A DNA stretch of 48,803 bases from an uncultured Lentisphaeraceae bacterium (lineage in GTDB: Bacteria; Verrucomicrobiota; Kiritimatiellia; RFP12; UBA1067), in assembly GCA_964428885.1 (NCBI GenBank), contig CAYRZP010000001.1:1-48803 (forward strand), in the 5' to 3' direction. The translations under genes were made by a program, and so were the position numbers. Position 1 is the stretch's first letter. Every line of letters begins with the position of its first letter. Positions 34,761 through 43,736 of this stretch are shown piece by piece. Below the pieces are notes generated by a model. It ran no database searches and was not told the origin of the DNA. It was given only the letters and a program-made list of their open reading frames with translations.

Positions 34761-35198
34761 CTAAAAAGACTCGACCTTCAGTGTTAGGTTCGCGCGCTGG
34801 ACGATGCGCACGGAAGTTCCAGCCGCGATCTCGTGGTCGGCCTCGGCCACCCATGAGGTTCCGTTAAACTCAACTCGTCCGGGGCGGTTCGGGGCGATCG
34901 TCTCGGTCACCGCCGCCTTTTTGCCGCTGAAAGCGTCATCCGGCGATTCCGAGACCTCACGTCTGCCGGCAAAGACGTTCTTCAGGCTTTTTCTTAGCAG
35001 AACGATCGAAAGCACAGAGAAAACGGAGAAGAGCAGCCATTGCCATCCAGAGTTGAGGCACGGCAGCAGCCAAGCGATCAAGGCCACCAGCAACGCGGCG
35101 ATACCGAAAAAGATCGACACCAGCGCGCCGGGCGTCATTACCTCCAGCAAGACCATTGCAACACCGAAATACAGCCAGTGGACGGGCGTCATATGCAT
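34761..35198 (-). CDS. NfeD-family membrane protein (partner of the SPFH protein)
   Basis: 145 aa. It has N-terminal TM helices and a C-terminal OB-like soluble domain (GRVEFNGTSWVAEAD..GTSVRIV). The gene order nfeD-SPFH is the conserved one. Confidence 0.8.
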   Translation of the reverse strand: MHMTPVHWLYFGVAMVLLEVMTPGALVSIFFGIAALLVALIAWLLPCLNSGWQWLLFSVFSVLSIVLLRKSLKNVFAGRREVSESPDDAFSGKKAAVTETIAPNRPGRVEFNGTSWVAEADHEIAAGTSVRIVQRANLTLKVESF

Positions 35199-35213
35199 TT
35201 TTTACTCCTTGAA

Positions 35214-35240
35214 GGCGCTTGCAGAACCCCTGCAAGCGCC
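35214..35240 (-). promoter_or_regulatory. Perfect 11-bp hairpin immediately upstream of the nfeD RBS
   Basis: GGCGCTTGCAG-AACCC-CTGCAAGCGCC. On the minus strand it ends 3 nt before AAGGAG (35210-35205). Confidence 0.35.
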
Positions 35241-35399
35241 ATAAGCCAGATGGCAGGAAGTCAGGTTGGGATCCGGAAAGCGCCCCTGAACCCTGAGATC
35301 TCTGCCAGCATAAACCGTAGGTTATGCAAGCGCCTCAAACGTCATAAGTTAATCACGATTGCCTCTTTCCGGCAAGCATAACATCGCCAATTACTTCGA

Positions 35400-35428
35400 T
35401 TGACGTTTGAGGGGGCTTGGTTTAATAT
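35400..35428 (+). promoter_or_regulatory. Sigma70-like promoter TTGACG-17-TAATAT
   Basis: Hexamers and the 17-nt spacer read directly, about 65 nt upstream of the ATG at 35495. Confidence 0.45.
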
Positions 35429-35494
35429 AAGTCCGCTTTTTTATGCGAGGTGTGGTTTTTCATAAACCTTAGCAAGAACAATGGAGCTTATCCC

Positions 35495-36499
35495 ATGACG
35501 ACGAGAAAGTTGTTTTCGCGCGCGGGCGTGTTTTTCGCGGTGTGCTCCGCTCTGACATTGGCCGTGGCGCAAGACGGGGCGCAGCCGGCCGGCGCCGACA
35601 ACGCCGCGGCCGTGGCCGAGCCGCGGCAGGATGAGGCGAAACTTTTCCATCCGCTGGTGATGGTGTCGATGGTCCAGGGCGTGTGCGAGGTGCTCAATCC
35701 CGATGTCGGCAGCTTCGCGCCCGCCGTCAACGGCAAGGCTTACCCGCTCGGGACAGTTGTGCGCACCGGCCCTGGCAGCTCGGCGGTGTTGTCGTTCTCG
35801 GCCAGAGACACCGTCAGCCTGTTAGCCGGCACCGAGGTCGCCGCCGACCGCGGCGAAGGCGAAAAGGCCGTGAACACGCGTGTGCTGCGGCTGATCGCCG
35901 GCCAGGTGAACTTTGACCTGCGCGACAACCTTCCCGAAGGCGCCTTCACCATCGAGACCGCCAACGCGGCCTGCCAAAATGTGGCCGGACGCGGTGATTA
36001 CCGGGTCTTCAAGGAGGGCGACAATGATGTCTTCCAGGCCGCGACCATCACCGGCACCGCGCGTGTGGCCGGCCCGCACTACAGCATCCCGGCGCTGCGG
36101 GCGGCCAACACCGTCAACATCATGACCGAGGCCAACCGCTCATTCAGCCGGCTCACCAGCGTCTCCGGCGATTTCAAGCTCGTGCTCGAGAAGGGCGGCG
36201 AAGCCCCGGTGGAGTACGCCATGTCGCCGAAAGCCGTCGTCAAGATCTGGCGCGAGAACGCCCCGGTCGGCGGACGGACCATCGTCTCAACCTTGGTGGT
36301 TAGCCCCGCCGGCCTCGCCCAACACCGCTTCGCCTATGCTGAAGGCCGCGCCGACCTGGCCACCGGCGAACTCGTCACTCCGGAGGAGGAAGAGATCGAG
36401 ATGCCCGTGCTGCTCTCAGACAAGGCCAAAACAGAGGCCAAAGCAGTGTCCAATGCCGATAATGGCGAAGAAAAGGCGAAACCCGCAGACAAGAACTAA
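35495..36499 (+). CDS. Secreted hypothetical protein, possibly with a FecR-like beta-sandwich domain
   Basis: Signal peptide (FFAVCSALTLAVAQ). The segment GTVVRTGPGSSAVLSFSARDTVSLLAGTEV resembles FecR-domain proteins. The tail is acidic and lysine-rich. Confidence 0.45.
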   Translation: MTTRKLFSRAGVFFAVCSALTLAVAQDGAQPAGADNAAAVAEPRQDEAKLFHPLVMVSMVQGVCEVLNPDVGSFAPAVNGKAYPLGTVVRTGPGSSAVLSFSARDTVSLLAGTEVAADRGEGEKAVNTRVLRLIAGQVNFDLRDNLPEGAFTIETANAACQNVAGRGDYRVFKEGDNDVFQAATITGTARVAGPHYSIPALRAANTVNIMTEANRSFSRLTSVSGDFKLVLEKGGEAPVEYAMSPKAVVKIWRENAPVGGRTIVSTLVVSPAGLAQHRFAYAEGRADLATGELVTPEEEEIEMPVLLSDKAKTEAKAVSNADNGEEKAKPADKN

Positions 36500-36603
36500 C
36501 GTCCGGGGCGACAAAAACACCAAGGGAACCGGTGACCTGCGCAGTCTCCGGTTTTGTTTTAAAACAGTTTGCGCGTGTCTCAACCCGTTTTGGATAAAAA
36601 GCC

Positions 36604-38259
36604 GTGTTCATTTACCACTTCAACCGACTCATCCGTAACCGAATCCTCTGGGGTTTCTTCGCGATCATTATCGCCGTAGCCTTCGTCGCGGTGGACTCCT
36701 GTTTCCGGCAGCCCCAGGACGGGCAGACCGCCGGAACGCTCGACGGCCAGAAAATACCGGAAACAGAATTCATGCTCACCGTCAACTCCATCAGAGGCTT
36801 CGGGCGCGGACGCGACAATGAAACCCCCGCCGACAAGGTCGACCGCCTGGCTTGGGAGCAGATCGCCGCCCGCAGAACCGCTGAACGCAACGGGATCGAC
36901 TCGAACAAGGAGGAGATCCGCTCGACCCTGCGCGAGGCGCCCGCCTTCCAGGGGCCTAACGGTTTCGACATCAACCGCTACCGCATGGCGCTGGCCGAGA
37001 ACGGCATGACCCCCGCCATGTATGAGCAGGTGGTGGCGCACCAGCTCTCGATCATGAAAACCGCCGCCACGGTCGATTCCGCGACTTGGGTGGCGCCCAT
37101 GGAACTGGAGGACGAGCTGTCCGCCATGACCGATGTCTTCACCGTGCGCGCCGCCGAGGTCAGCAACCGCTTCGCCAACGCCGACATGAAGCTGACCGAA
37201 GACGATTACCTCAAATATTACGAGGAGCACAAGGCGTCTTTCGCGCAGCCCGACCGCGTGTCCGTGCGCTATGTGGCCGTGCCGGTGAGCAATTACCTCG
37301 CCGCGGTGACCGTGCCCGAAGACGACCTGCTGGAATACTACGACAGCCACGCCGAAACCTACTCGCGCACAGTGACCAACGGCGTCACCGAGCCAATACC
37401 CTTCGCGGAGGTGCGCGACAAGATCTTGGCGGAGCTGCGGCTCGAAGAGGCCCGTTACTGCGCCGGCACGGCCGTCACCTTCAATGTTTACGGCAAGCTG
37501 GCCGATTCCGCCGACCGGGCGCTCGCGCTCCTGGCCGCCCAAGCGCGCGCGGAGGTCAAGTCCTCACCCCTCTTCAGCGCGGACGAGCAGCTTTACTGGA
37601 CCGAGAAATCCAGCGAGTTCGCGGACGCGGCGTTCGAGCTTGACCCTGACCGCGCCGACCTGCGTTTCGGGATCGTCAAGGGCGACACCTGCGTCTACGT
37701 GATGGAAATCGCAGAGCGCTCACCGGCCCACACACCGAAGTACGAGGACATCCGCAACGAGCTGCGTGCGCATGCCGAACAGAAGGCGCGCGGCGAAGCA
37801 TTCCGCGACGCCGTCAAAGATCTGCGCGACGAGATCGTGAAGATGATGGCCGATGGCAAGAGTTTCGCCGCGGCGGCCCAGGCCAAAGCCCTGAACGTCT
37901 CGACCTCTCTGACCTACCGCGTCAGCGACATTCAGAACCAGAAGTTCGACAACAGTTTCGCGATCGCTTACAACGCGATGACGCTGAAGGCCGGCGAGCT
38001 CTCCGAGGCCGTGCCCGCCAGCTCAGGCAAATCGCTGTTGGTGTATGTCGAGAGCCGCCGACCGGGCGACGCGCTGGCCGCGGAAATGATGCGCGCGCAG
38101 GTCCGCGCCAATATTGTCCGCCGCCGCTCAAGCGGCCTTTTCAAGGATTGGCTCGCCTGGAACCTCGCGCAGAAGGATTTCAAGCCGGTCCGTCCTTTGG
38201 CGTCTGCGGCAGACCCCGGCATCACGGACCTGGAGGACGGCCAGGATGCCGAACAGTGA
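36604..38259 (+). CDS. Membrane-anchored PpiD/SurA-N-like periplasmic chaperone
   Basis: GTG start. The N-terminal anchor (ILWGFFAIIIAVAFVAV) is followed by a SurA_N-like region. A parvulin domain is not clearly recognisable. Confidence 0.6.
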   Translation: MFIYHFNRLIRNRILWGFFAIIIAVAFVAVDSCFRQPQDGQTAGTLDGQKIPETEFMLTVNSIRGFGRGRDNETPADKVDRLAWEQIAARRTAERNGIDSNKEEIRSTLREAPAFQGPNGFDINRYRMALAENGMTPAMYEQVVAHQLSIMKTAATVDSATWVAPMELEDELSAMTDVFTVRAAEVSNRFANADMKLTEDDYLKYYEEHKASFAQPDRVSVRYVAVPVSNYLAAVTVPEDDLLEYYDSHAETYSRTVTNGVTEPIPFAEVRDKILAELRLEEARYCAGTAVTFNVYGKLADSADRALALLAAQARAEVKSSPLFSADEQLYWTEKSSEFADAAFELDPDRADLRFGIVKGDTCVYVMEIAERSPAHTPKYEDIRNELRAHAEQKARGEAFRDAVKDLRDEIVKMMADGKSFAAAAQAKALNVSTSLTYRVSDIQNQKFDNSFAIAYNAMTLKAGELSEAVPASSGKSLLVYVESRRPGDALAAEMMRAQVRANIVRRRSSGLFKDWLAWNLAQKDFKPVRPLASAADPGITDLEDGQDAEQ

Positions 38260-38275
38260 ACGGAGAGCCATCCCG

Positions 38276-39004
38276 ATGAAGCCTTTTATTGCCGCCGCGC
38301 TCACGCTGGCCTGCCTCTCGGCGCCGGCTATGGAGAAACGCTGCGAAGCGCAGCCCAACACCTTGTCTGAAACCGAGGCGAAGGACGGCTGGCGCCTGCT
38401 CTGGGACGGGCGGACCACGGAAGGCTGGCGCGGCGCCCGCAGCGACGCCTTCCCGGCCAAGGGCTGGGTCATCGACAACAACACCCTGACCGTGCTGCCC
38501 GGGAAAGCGGGCGGCGGCGGCGACATCATCACCAGTCAGACCTTCTCGAATTTCATTCTGAAAGTTGACTTCATGCTGACCGAGGCCGCCAACAGCGGCA
38601 TCAAGTACTTGTTCGACCCGCAGGTCAACGACGGCACCACCTTGGAATATCAGATCCTCTGCGATAAGCACAAGGACGCCGGACAGGGACGCGACGGCAA
38701 CCGCCGCGTGGCCTCTTTTTATGACGTTATGCCGGCCAAGGACGCCAAGGCCAAACCCGCGGGCGAGTGGAACACTGCCATGATCGTCAGCCGGGGGCGC
38801 AAGGTCGAGCATTGGCTGAACGGCGAGAAGGTGCTGGAGTTCGAGCGCGGATCTGCGGCGTTCCGCGCCGCCGTGGCTGCCAGCAAATTCGCCAAGTACC
38901 CTAACTGGGGCGAGCAACCATCCGGTCACATCTTGCTGCAGGACCACGGCGACCGCGTCTCCTACCGCAACATCAAGATCAAAGATCTTGGTGATAAAGA
39001 ATAA
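38276..39004 (+). CDS. DUF1080 (3-keto-disaccharide hydrolase-like) secreted protein
   Basis: Signal peptide, then GW..LWDG.T..GWRG, F.LK.DF, NSGI.Y, and a C-terminal HILLQDHGD.V.YRNIKIK. Confidence 0.8.
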   Translation: MKPFIAAALTLACLSAPAMEKRCEAQPNTLSETEAKDGWRLLWDGRTTEGWRGARSDAFPAKGWVIDNNTLTVLPGKAGGGGDIITSQTFSNFILKVDFMLTEAANSGIKYLFDPQVNDGTTLEYQILCDKHKDAGQGRDGNRRVASFYDVMPAKDAKAKPAGEWNTAMIVSRGRKVEHWLNGEKVLEFERGSAAFRAAVAASKFAKYPNWGEQPSGHILLQDHGDRVSYRNIKIKDLGDKE

Positions 39005-39072
39005 GTAACATTAGAGGCGGCCTGCCGTGACACATGACCGGCGACCCGCGACCGGCGTCTGACTCCTAACCC

Positions 39073-39531
39073 TTAACTTCTGAATCCGGCAGCCAGCTTT
39101 GTCAGGATGCCGGTGGAACCGAACCCGCCCGCGCCGCGCGCGGAGCCGGTGACCTCCGCGACCTCCGCGACCTCTGCCCGCGTGATCCGGGCGATCACCA
39201 TCTGCGCGATGCGCATGCCCGCCCGCACCTCGAAAGGCTCCTGCCCCAGATTGATCAGGATGATCCCGACCTCGCCGCGGTAGCCGGCGTCGATCGTGCC
39301 CGGTGTGTTGAGCAGCGTGATCCCGTGCTTCAGCGCCAGCCCGCTGCGCGGACGCAATTGCGCCTCCGCGTCTTCCGGCAGTTCCATCACCAGGCCGGTG
39401 CGCACCAGCCGCCGCTCGCCCGGCCGCAAAACCGCATCCTCGCAGGCGCACACATCCATGCCCGCGTCGCCCGGCCGCGCGTAAGCCGGCAAGACCGCCG
39501 CCGGATCGATCCGCTTGAATTTGACTGTCAT
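39073..39531 (-). CDS. dut: dUTP diphosphatase
   Basis: [33 protein letters not shown]. Confidence 0.9.
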   Translation of the reverse strand: MTVKFKRIDPAAVLPAYARPGDAGMDVCACEDAVLRPGERRLVRTGLVMELPEDAEAQLRPRSGLALKHGITLLNTPGTIDAGYRGEVGIILINLGQEPFEVRAGMRIAQMVIARITRAEVAEVAEVTGSARGAGGFGSTGILTKLAAGFRS

Positions 39532-39615
39532 GCGGCAATCATAGCAAGAAAATATGGGAAAGTGAAAGAGGTAAGGGCCGGGTGACGCCGGACGTTTCTC
39601 TGCCCATCTCCCGAG

Positions 39616-39645
39616 TTGACCTCATGCGGTAAAAAATCATATACT
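39616..39645 (+). promoter_or_regulatory. Sigma70-like promoter TTGACC-18-TATACT upstream of rpoZ
   Basis: Hexamers read directly. A GGAGG RBS and the GTG at 39673 follow. Confidence 0.45.
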
Positions 39646-39672
39646 ATCGCGCTTAACTATTGGAGGCATTGC

Positions 39673-39921
39673 GTGAATGTTGAACTGATTGAAAAAGCGC
39701 GGGTCCGTGTCCCCAGCGTGCCGGTGCTCGTGAACTTGGTTTCCAAACGTGTGCGCCAACTCAATATGGGCGAGCGGCCTTATGTGAAACCGCTGTCTAT
39801 CGATGAAGACAGGGCCGAGATCGCGCTGCGCGAGATCGCCGACGGCCTGCTTATCTCTGAAATCGATTTCGGTGCGATCGCCAAGGCGGAGGCCGCACAC
39901 ACGCACTGGTCGCGAAAATAG
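39673..39921 (+). CDS. rpoZ: DNA-directed RNA polymerase subunit omega
   Basis: 82 aa from GTG. The segment ..VPSVPVLVNLVSKRVRQLN.G..P.. and EIALREIA are typical of omega. Confidence 0.7.
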   Translation: MNVELIEKARVRVPSVPVLVNLVSKRVRQLNMGERPYVKPLSIDEDRAEIALREIADGLLISEIDFGAIAKAEAAHTHWSRK

Positions 39922-39952
39922 CCTCCTTCCGCCGGAGGCGGGTTGATGGATC

Positions 39953-40435
39953 ATGAGCGCAGAGGGCAAAAAAAGACTCGGCGGCAATCTTACGGTAAAC
40001 CGCAAGGCAGCCCACGAGTATTTTGTCCTTGAGCGTTACGAGGCCGGCATAGAACTGGTCGGCACGGAGGTGAAGGTCGTCCGCAACGGCGAGGCCGGGC
40101 TGGCCGGGGCCTACGCCCAAGTGAAAGAGGGGCAGGTTTTCCTGAACCAGGTGCGTATCCCCCCGTACGCTTTCGGCAACCGTTTCAATCACGACTCGCT
40201 GCGCACGCGCAGGCTGCTGATGCACAAGCGTGAGATCATGAAGCTTCGGGCACTGTCCGAACAGAAGGGTCTGTCGCTGATACCGCTGAGGATGTACCTG
40301 AACCCCAAGGGGCTGGTGAAGGTGGAGATAGGCGTCTGCCGGGGCAAGGCTCAGGAAGACAAGCGCGAGACCGTTAAAAGGCGCGACGCGGACCTAGAGG
40401 CCCGCCGGGCGGTAGCCAAACATTACAGAGGTTGA
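39953..40435 (+). CDS. smpB: SsrA-binding protein
   Basis: NRKA.HEY.V.E.YEAGIEL.GTEVK, then [12 protein letters not shown]. Confidence 0.95.
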   Translation: MSAEGKKRLGGNLTVNRKAAHEYFVLERYEAGIELVGTEVKVVRNGEAGLAGAYAQVKEGQVFLNQVRIPPYAFGNRFNHDSLRTRRLLMHKREIMKLRALSEQKGLSLIPLRMYLNPKGLVKVEIGVCRGKAQEDKRETVKRRDADLEARRAVAKHYRG

Positions 40436-40457
40436 AAACGTTAAGGAGGATAAGGGT

Positions 40458-40706
40458 ATGATGTTGCCACTGGGTTTGTCGCCGTTCAATATCGGCGGGC
40501 CGGAACTGATTATCGTTCTGGTGATCATTCTGGTGTTGTTCGGCGGCAAGAAGCTGCCGGATCTGGCGCGTTCGCTGGGCCGCAGCCTGGGCGAGTTCAA
40601 GAAGGGCAAGGACGAGGGCGAGAAACTGGCCAACACGAAGGTCAAGGAGATCGTCGATGACCTCAAGAAGGAAGAGCCCGAAAAAGTCGAAGGCCCAAAA
40701 GCCTGA
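40458..40706 (+). CDS. tatA: Twin-arginine translocase subunit TatA/E
   Basis: [33 protein letters not shown]. An AAGGAGG RBS lies 8 nt upstream. Confidence 0.9.
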   Translation: MMLPLGLSPFNIGGPELIIVLVIILVLFGGKKLPDLARSLGRSLGEFKKGKDEGEKLANTKVKEIVDDLKKEEPEKVEGPKA

Positions 40707-40721
40707 ACGCGGCGGGTTCGC

Positions 40722-42470
40722 GTGACGCGCGAACTCTCCATCCTGCCCGCCACTTTCTCGCGCGCCGTCCGGCTGATCTGGCTGAGCGACCGGCGCCTGG
40801 CCCGCTGTCACGCTGCGGTCACCGCGTTGCAGGCACTGCTGCCGCTGGGCGCGGCGTTGTGCCTGAAACAGGTCATCGACGCCGCGGCGGAAGTTTTGCG
40901 GGCCGCGCCGGGCCAGAACCTCTCATTCACGGCACTGCTTGAACGTTTCTCGGCCGACCGCGGTTTACGCTTGTTCGCGCTCTGGGCGCTGGTCTTCGCA
41001 CTGTGCCTGGCGCTCTCCGCCGCATTGAGGGTGCTGTCGTCCTGGGTCGCGGAGTTCCACGCCTTGGCCGTCACGGAACGGGTCTACGGACTTCTGCACG
41101 ATACGCTCGCTCGCGCCGACTACGCATTCTTCGAAAATCCTGATGACCAGAACCGTCTCCACATGGCGCGCGAGGAGGCGCTCACGCGCCCCGCGCGTGT
41201 GCTTTCCGGTCTGGGCCAGATCCTGCACAGCCTGACAGGCCTGGCCGGCGCCATGGTCATCCTGGCGGGCATCAGCCTCTGGCTGCCGGCGCTGCTGGCA
41301 CTGGCCGCACTGCCGCCGCTGTGCTTCAAGCTTAACCGCGCACGGCGTTTCTACGAATGGCGCAAAAACCTCGCGCCGCTGGAACGCGAGGCCGCCTATT
41401 TTCACTCCGTGCTCTCTGATAACGCGGGCGCCAAAGATGTGCGCCTTTACCAGCATGGCGATTTCTGCCGCGGCCGTTTCAGCGCCGCCCGCGCCCGCCT
41501 GCGCGAAGAGCGGTTGGCCTGGCGCCGTTATGTGCTGACGCGCGAGGCCGCCGGCATGGCCGCCGGCCTGATTGTTACAGGCCTGTGCCTGCTGTGGGCG
41601 ACCGGCCGGCTGCTGGAAGGCGCCTTCACAATCGGCGCGCTGGTCCTCTGCGTGCAGGCCGTGCAGCGCGGGCAGTCCGCCATCGCCGCCTTGCTGGGAG
41701 CTTGTGCCGGACTTTTCGAGGACGCCCTGTTCCTGCAGAGTTTCGAGGAGCTGCTGCACCAGCCTTCCCGTATATGCGCCCCGTCAAACCCTGCGCCGGT
41801 GCCGGACAGGATCACGCGCGGCATCGTCTTCGAAAAGGTCTCGTTCGCCTATCCCGGCACCGGGCGGGCGGTCCTTAAAAACCTCTCCTGCGAAATGCTG
41901 CCGGGCGAGCGTGTCTTTCTGGCCGGGGCCAACGGCACCGGCAAGTCAACCCTCATCAAGCTGCTGTGCCGCCTGTACGATCCTTCCGGTGGGCGCATCC
42001 TGGTCGACGGGGTTGACCTGCGCGAGTTCGACCCGTCCGCATGGCGCGCCAAGGTGGGCGCGCTGTTCCAGGACTTCAACAGTTACCAACTGACGGCGCG
42101 CGAAAATATCTGGATCGGCCACACCCGGACCGCCCCGGACGCGCCGCAGATAGCACGGGCCGCCCAGGACGCCGGCTTGGATTCTCTGCTGGACCGTTGG
42201 CCGCAAGGGCTGCAAACCCTGCTGGGACGTTGGCTGCACGACGGCGTGGAGCCGAGCGCCGGACAATGGCAGAAACTCGCCCTGGCGCGCGTGTTCCTGC
42301 GACCGGCCTTGCTTTACGTCCTGGACGAGCCGGCCAGCGCCTTGGACAACAACGCGCGCGGCGAGCTTTTCGAGACCATGCGGCGGCGCGGTGGCGACAG
42401 GATCATCCTGTTCACCAGCCACCGCGACCTGACGCCCGGCCAAGCCGACCGCGTGATCACGCTGGAGTGA
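40722..42470 (+). CDS. ABC exporter, fused permease + ATPase
   Basis: N-terminal 6-TM-like domain. Walker A GANGTGKST, signature-like SAGQWQKLALAR, Walker B LYVLDEPAS. GTG start. Confidence 0.8.
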   Translation: MTRELSILPATFSRAVRLIWLSDRRLARCHAAVTALQALLPLGAALCLKQVIDAAAEVLRAAPGQNLSFTALLERFSADRGLRLFALWALVFALCLALSAALRVLSSWVAEFHALAVTERVYGLLHDTLARADYAFFENPDDQNRLHMAREEALTRPARVLSGLGQILHSLTGLAGAMVILAGISLWLPALLALAALPPLCFKLNRARRFYEWRKNLAPLEREAAYFHSVLSDNAGAKDVRLYQHGDFCRGRFSAARARLREERLAWRRYVLTREAAGMAAGLIVTGLCLLWATGRLLEGAFTIGALVLCVQAVQRGQSAIAALLGACAGLFEDALFLQSFEELLHQPSRICAPSNPAPVPDRITRGIVFEKVSFAYPGTGRAVLKNLSCEMLPGERVFLAGANGTGKSTLIKLLCRLYDPSGGRILVDGVDLREFDPSAWRAKVGALFQDFNSYQLTARENIWIGHTRTAPDAPQIARAAQDAGLDSLLDRWPQGLQTLLGRWLHDGVEPSAGQWQKLALARVFLRPALLYVLDEPASALDNNARGELFETMRRRGGDRIILFTSHRDLTPGQADRVITLE

Positions 42471-42507
42471 TACGCGCGCGGCAGAAGTTTGATTGAGGAT
42501 AACCTGA

Positions 42508-43725
42508 ATGAGCCTGAATGCAACGCCGCAGGGCGAACGCCTGCACATCGCACTGTTAGGACGCCGCAATGTCGGCAAATCCAGTCTGATCAACGCTCTG
42601 ACCGGACAGGAGGTCGCCATCGTCTCGCCGGTCAAGGGCACCACCACGGATCCTGTGCGCAAAGCCATGGAGCTGCTGCCGCTCGGGCCAATCATGATCT
42701 TCGACACCCCGGGCCTTGACGACGAGGGCGCGCTCGGCGAACTGCGCATGCGCAGCACGCGCGATGTCTTGAACAAAACCGACGTAGCCATACTGGTGAT
42801 CGAGGCGGAACACGGCCTCGGCGCTTGCGAACAGGAAATCCTGGAACTTGTGCGCGCCAAGAAAATACCGCTGGCCGTGGTTTACAACAAGACCGATCTC
42901 GCCATGCCGTCCGCAGCGGCCGTGGCGCGTGTGGCCGCCGTTGCCAAGGCGCCGGTCCTGGCGGTGTCCTCCGTGACCGGGCAAGGCGTGGAGAATTTGA
43001 AACTGGCTTTAGCGAAGATCGTTCCGGATGACGACGAAAGCCTGCGGATCGTCGCAGATCTTCTGAAACCGCTGGACGTGGTGGTGCTGGTGACGCCGAT
43101 CGACTCGGCCGCCCCCAAGGGACGGCTGATCCTGCCGCAGCAGCAGACGGTGCGCGACATCCTGGAGGCGGGCGCGCTGGCGTTCGTGACCAGGGAGACC
43201 GAGCTTCTAGCCACTTTGGCCGCGTTGAGGCAGCCGCCGCGGCTTGTCATCACCGACTCGCAGGCCTTCGCCAAAGTTTCGGCCGAGACCCCGCGCGACG
43301 TGCCGCTGACCTCGTTCTCGATCCTCTTCGCCCGGTACAAGGGCGACCTCGGCGTCTTGGCGCAAGGCGCGCGGGCGATCGACAGCCTTAAGGACGGCGA
43401 CCGCGTCCTGATCGCCGAAGGCTGCACGCACCACCGCCAGTGCGACGACATCGGCACGGTCAAGATCCCGCGCTGGCTGCGCGAGCGCACGGGCGGCAAG
43501 CAACTGAAGCTGGAGCATTCAAGCGGCATGCAGTACCCGCGCGATCTGTCGGAGTACAGCCTGATCATCCACTGCGGCGCCTGCATGCTCAACCGGCGGG
43601 AGATGCATTACCGTATCGCGCAGGCCCAGTCCGCGGGTGTGCCGATCGTGAATTACGGGGTCTTTATCGCCCACGCCACCGGCATCCTCGATCGCTGCCT
43701 CGAACCGTTCGCCGCGGCGCGTTAG
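42508..43725 (+). CDS. hydF: [FeFe]-hydrogenase H-cluster maturation GTPase HydF
   Basis: G1 GRRNVGKSSLIN, DTPG, NKTD. The C-terminal cluster motif is C-T-H, then 46 residues, then H-C-G-A-C (CxHx46HCxxC). Confidence 0.85.
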   Translation: MSLNATPQGERLHIALLGRRNVGKSSLINALTGQEVAIVSPVKGTTTDPVRKAMELLPLGPIMIFDTPGLDDEGALGELRMRSTRDVLNKTDVAILVIEAEHGLGACEQEILELVRAKKIPLAVVYNKTDLAMPSAAAVARVAAVAKAPVLAVSSVTGQGVENLKLALAKIVPDDDESLRIVADLLKPLDVVVLVTPIDSAAPKGRLILPQQQTVRDILEAGALAFVTRETELLATLAALRQPPRLVITDSQAFAKVSAETPRDVPLTSFSILFARYKGDLGVLAQGARAIDSLKDGDRVLIAEGCTHHRQCDDIGTVKIPRWLRERTGGKQLKLEHSSGMQYPRDLSEYSLIIHCGACMLNRREMHYRIAQAQSAGVPIVNYGVFIAHATGILDRCLEPFAAAR

Positions 43726-43736
43726 CCGGTGCCGCG

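Noticed and set aside
39922-40457. tmRNA (ssrA) next to smpB
   Set aside because: The flanks of smpB are short (31 nt and 22 nt) and are immediately occupied by rpoZ and tatA. I saw no tRNA-like acceptor/T-arm or tag-ORF sequence.
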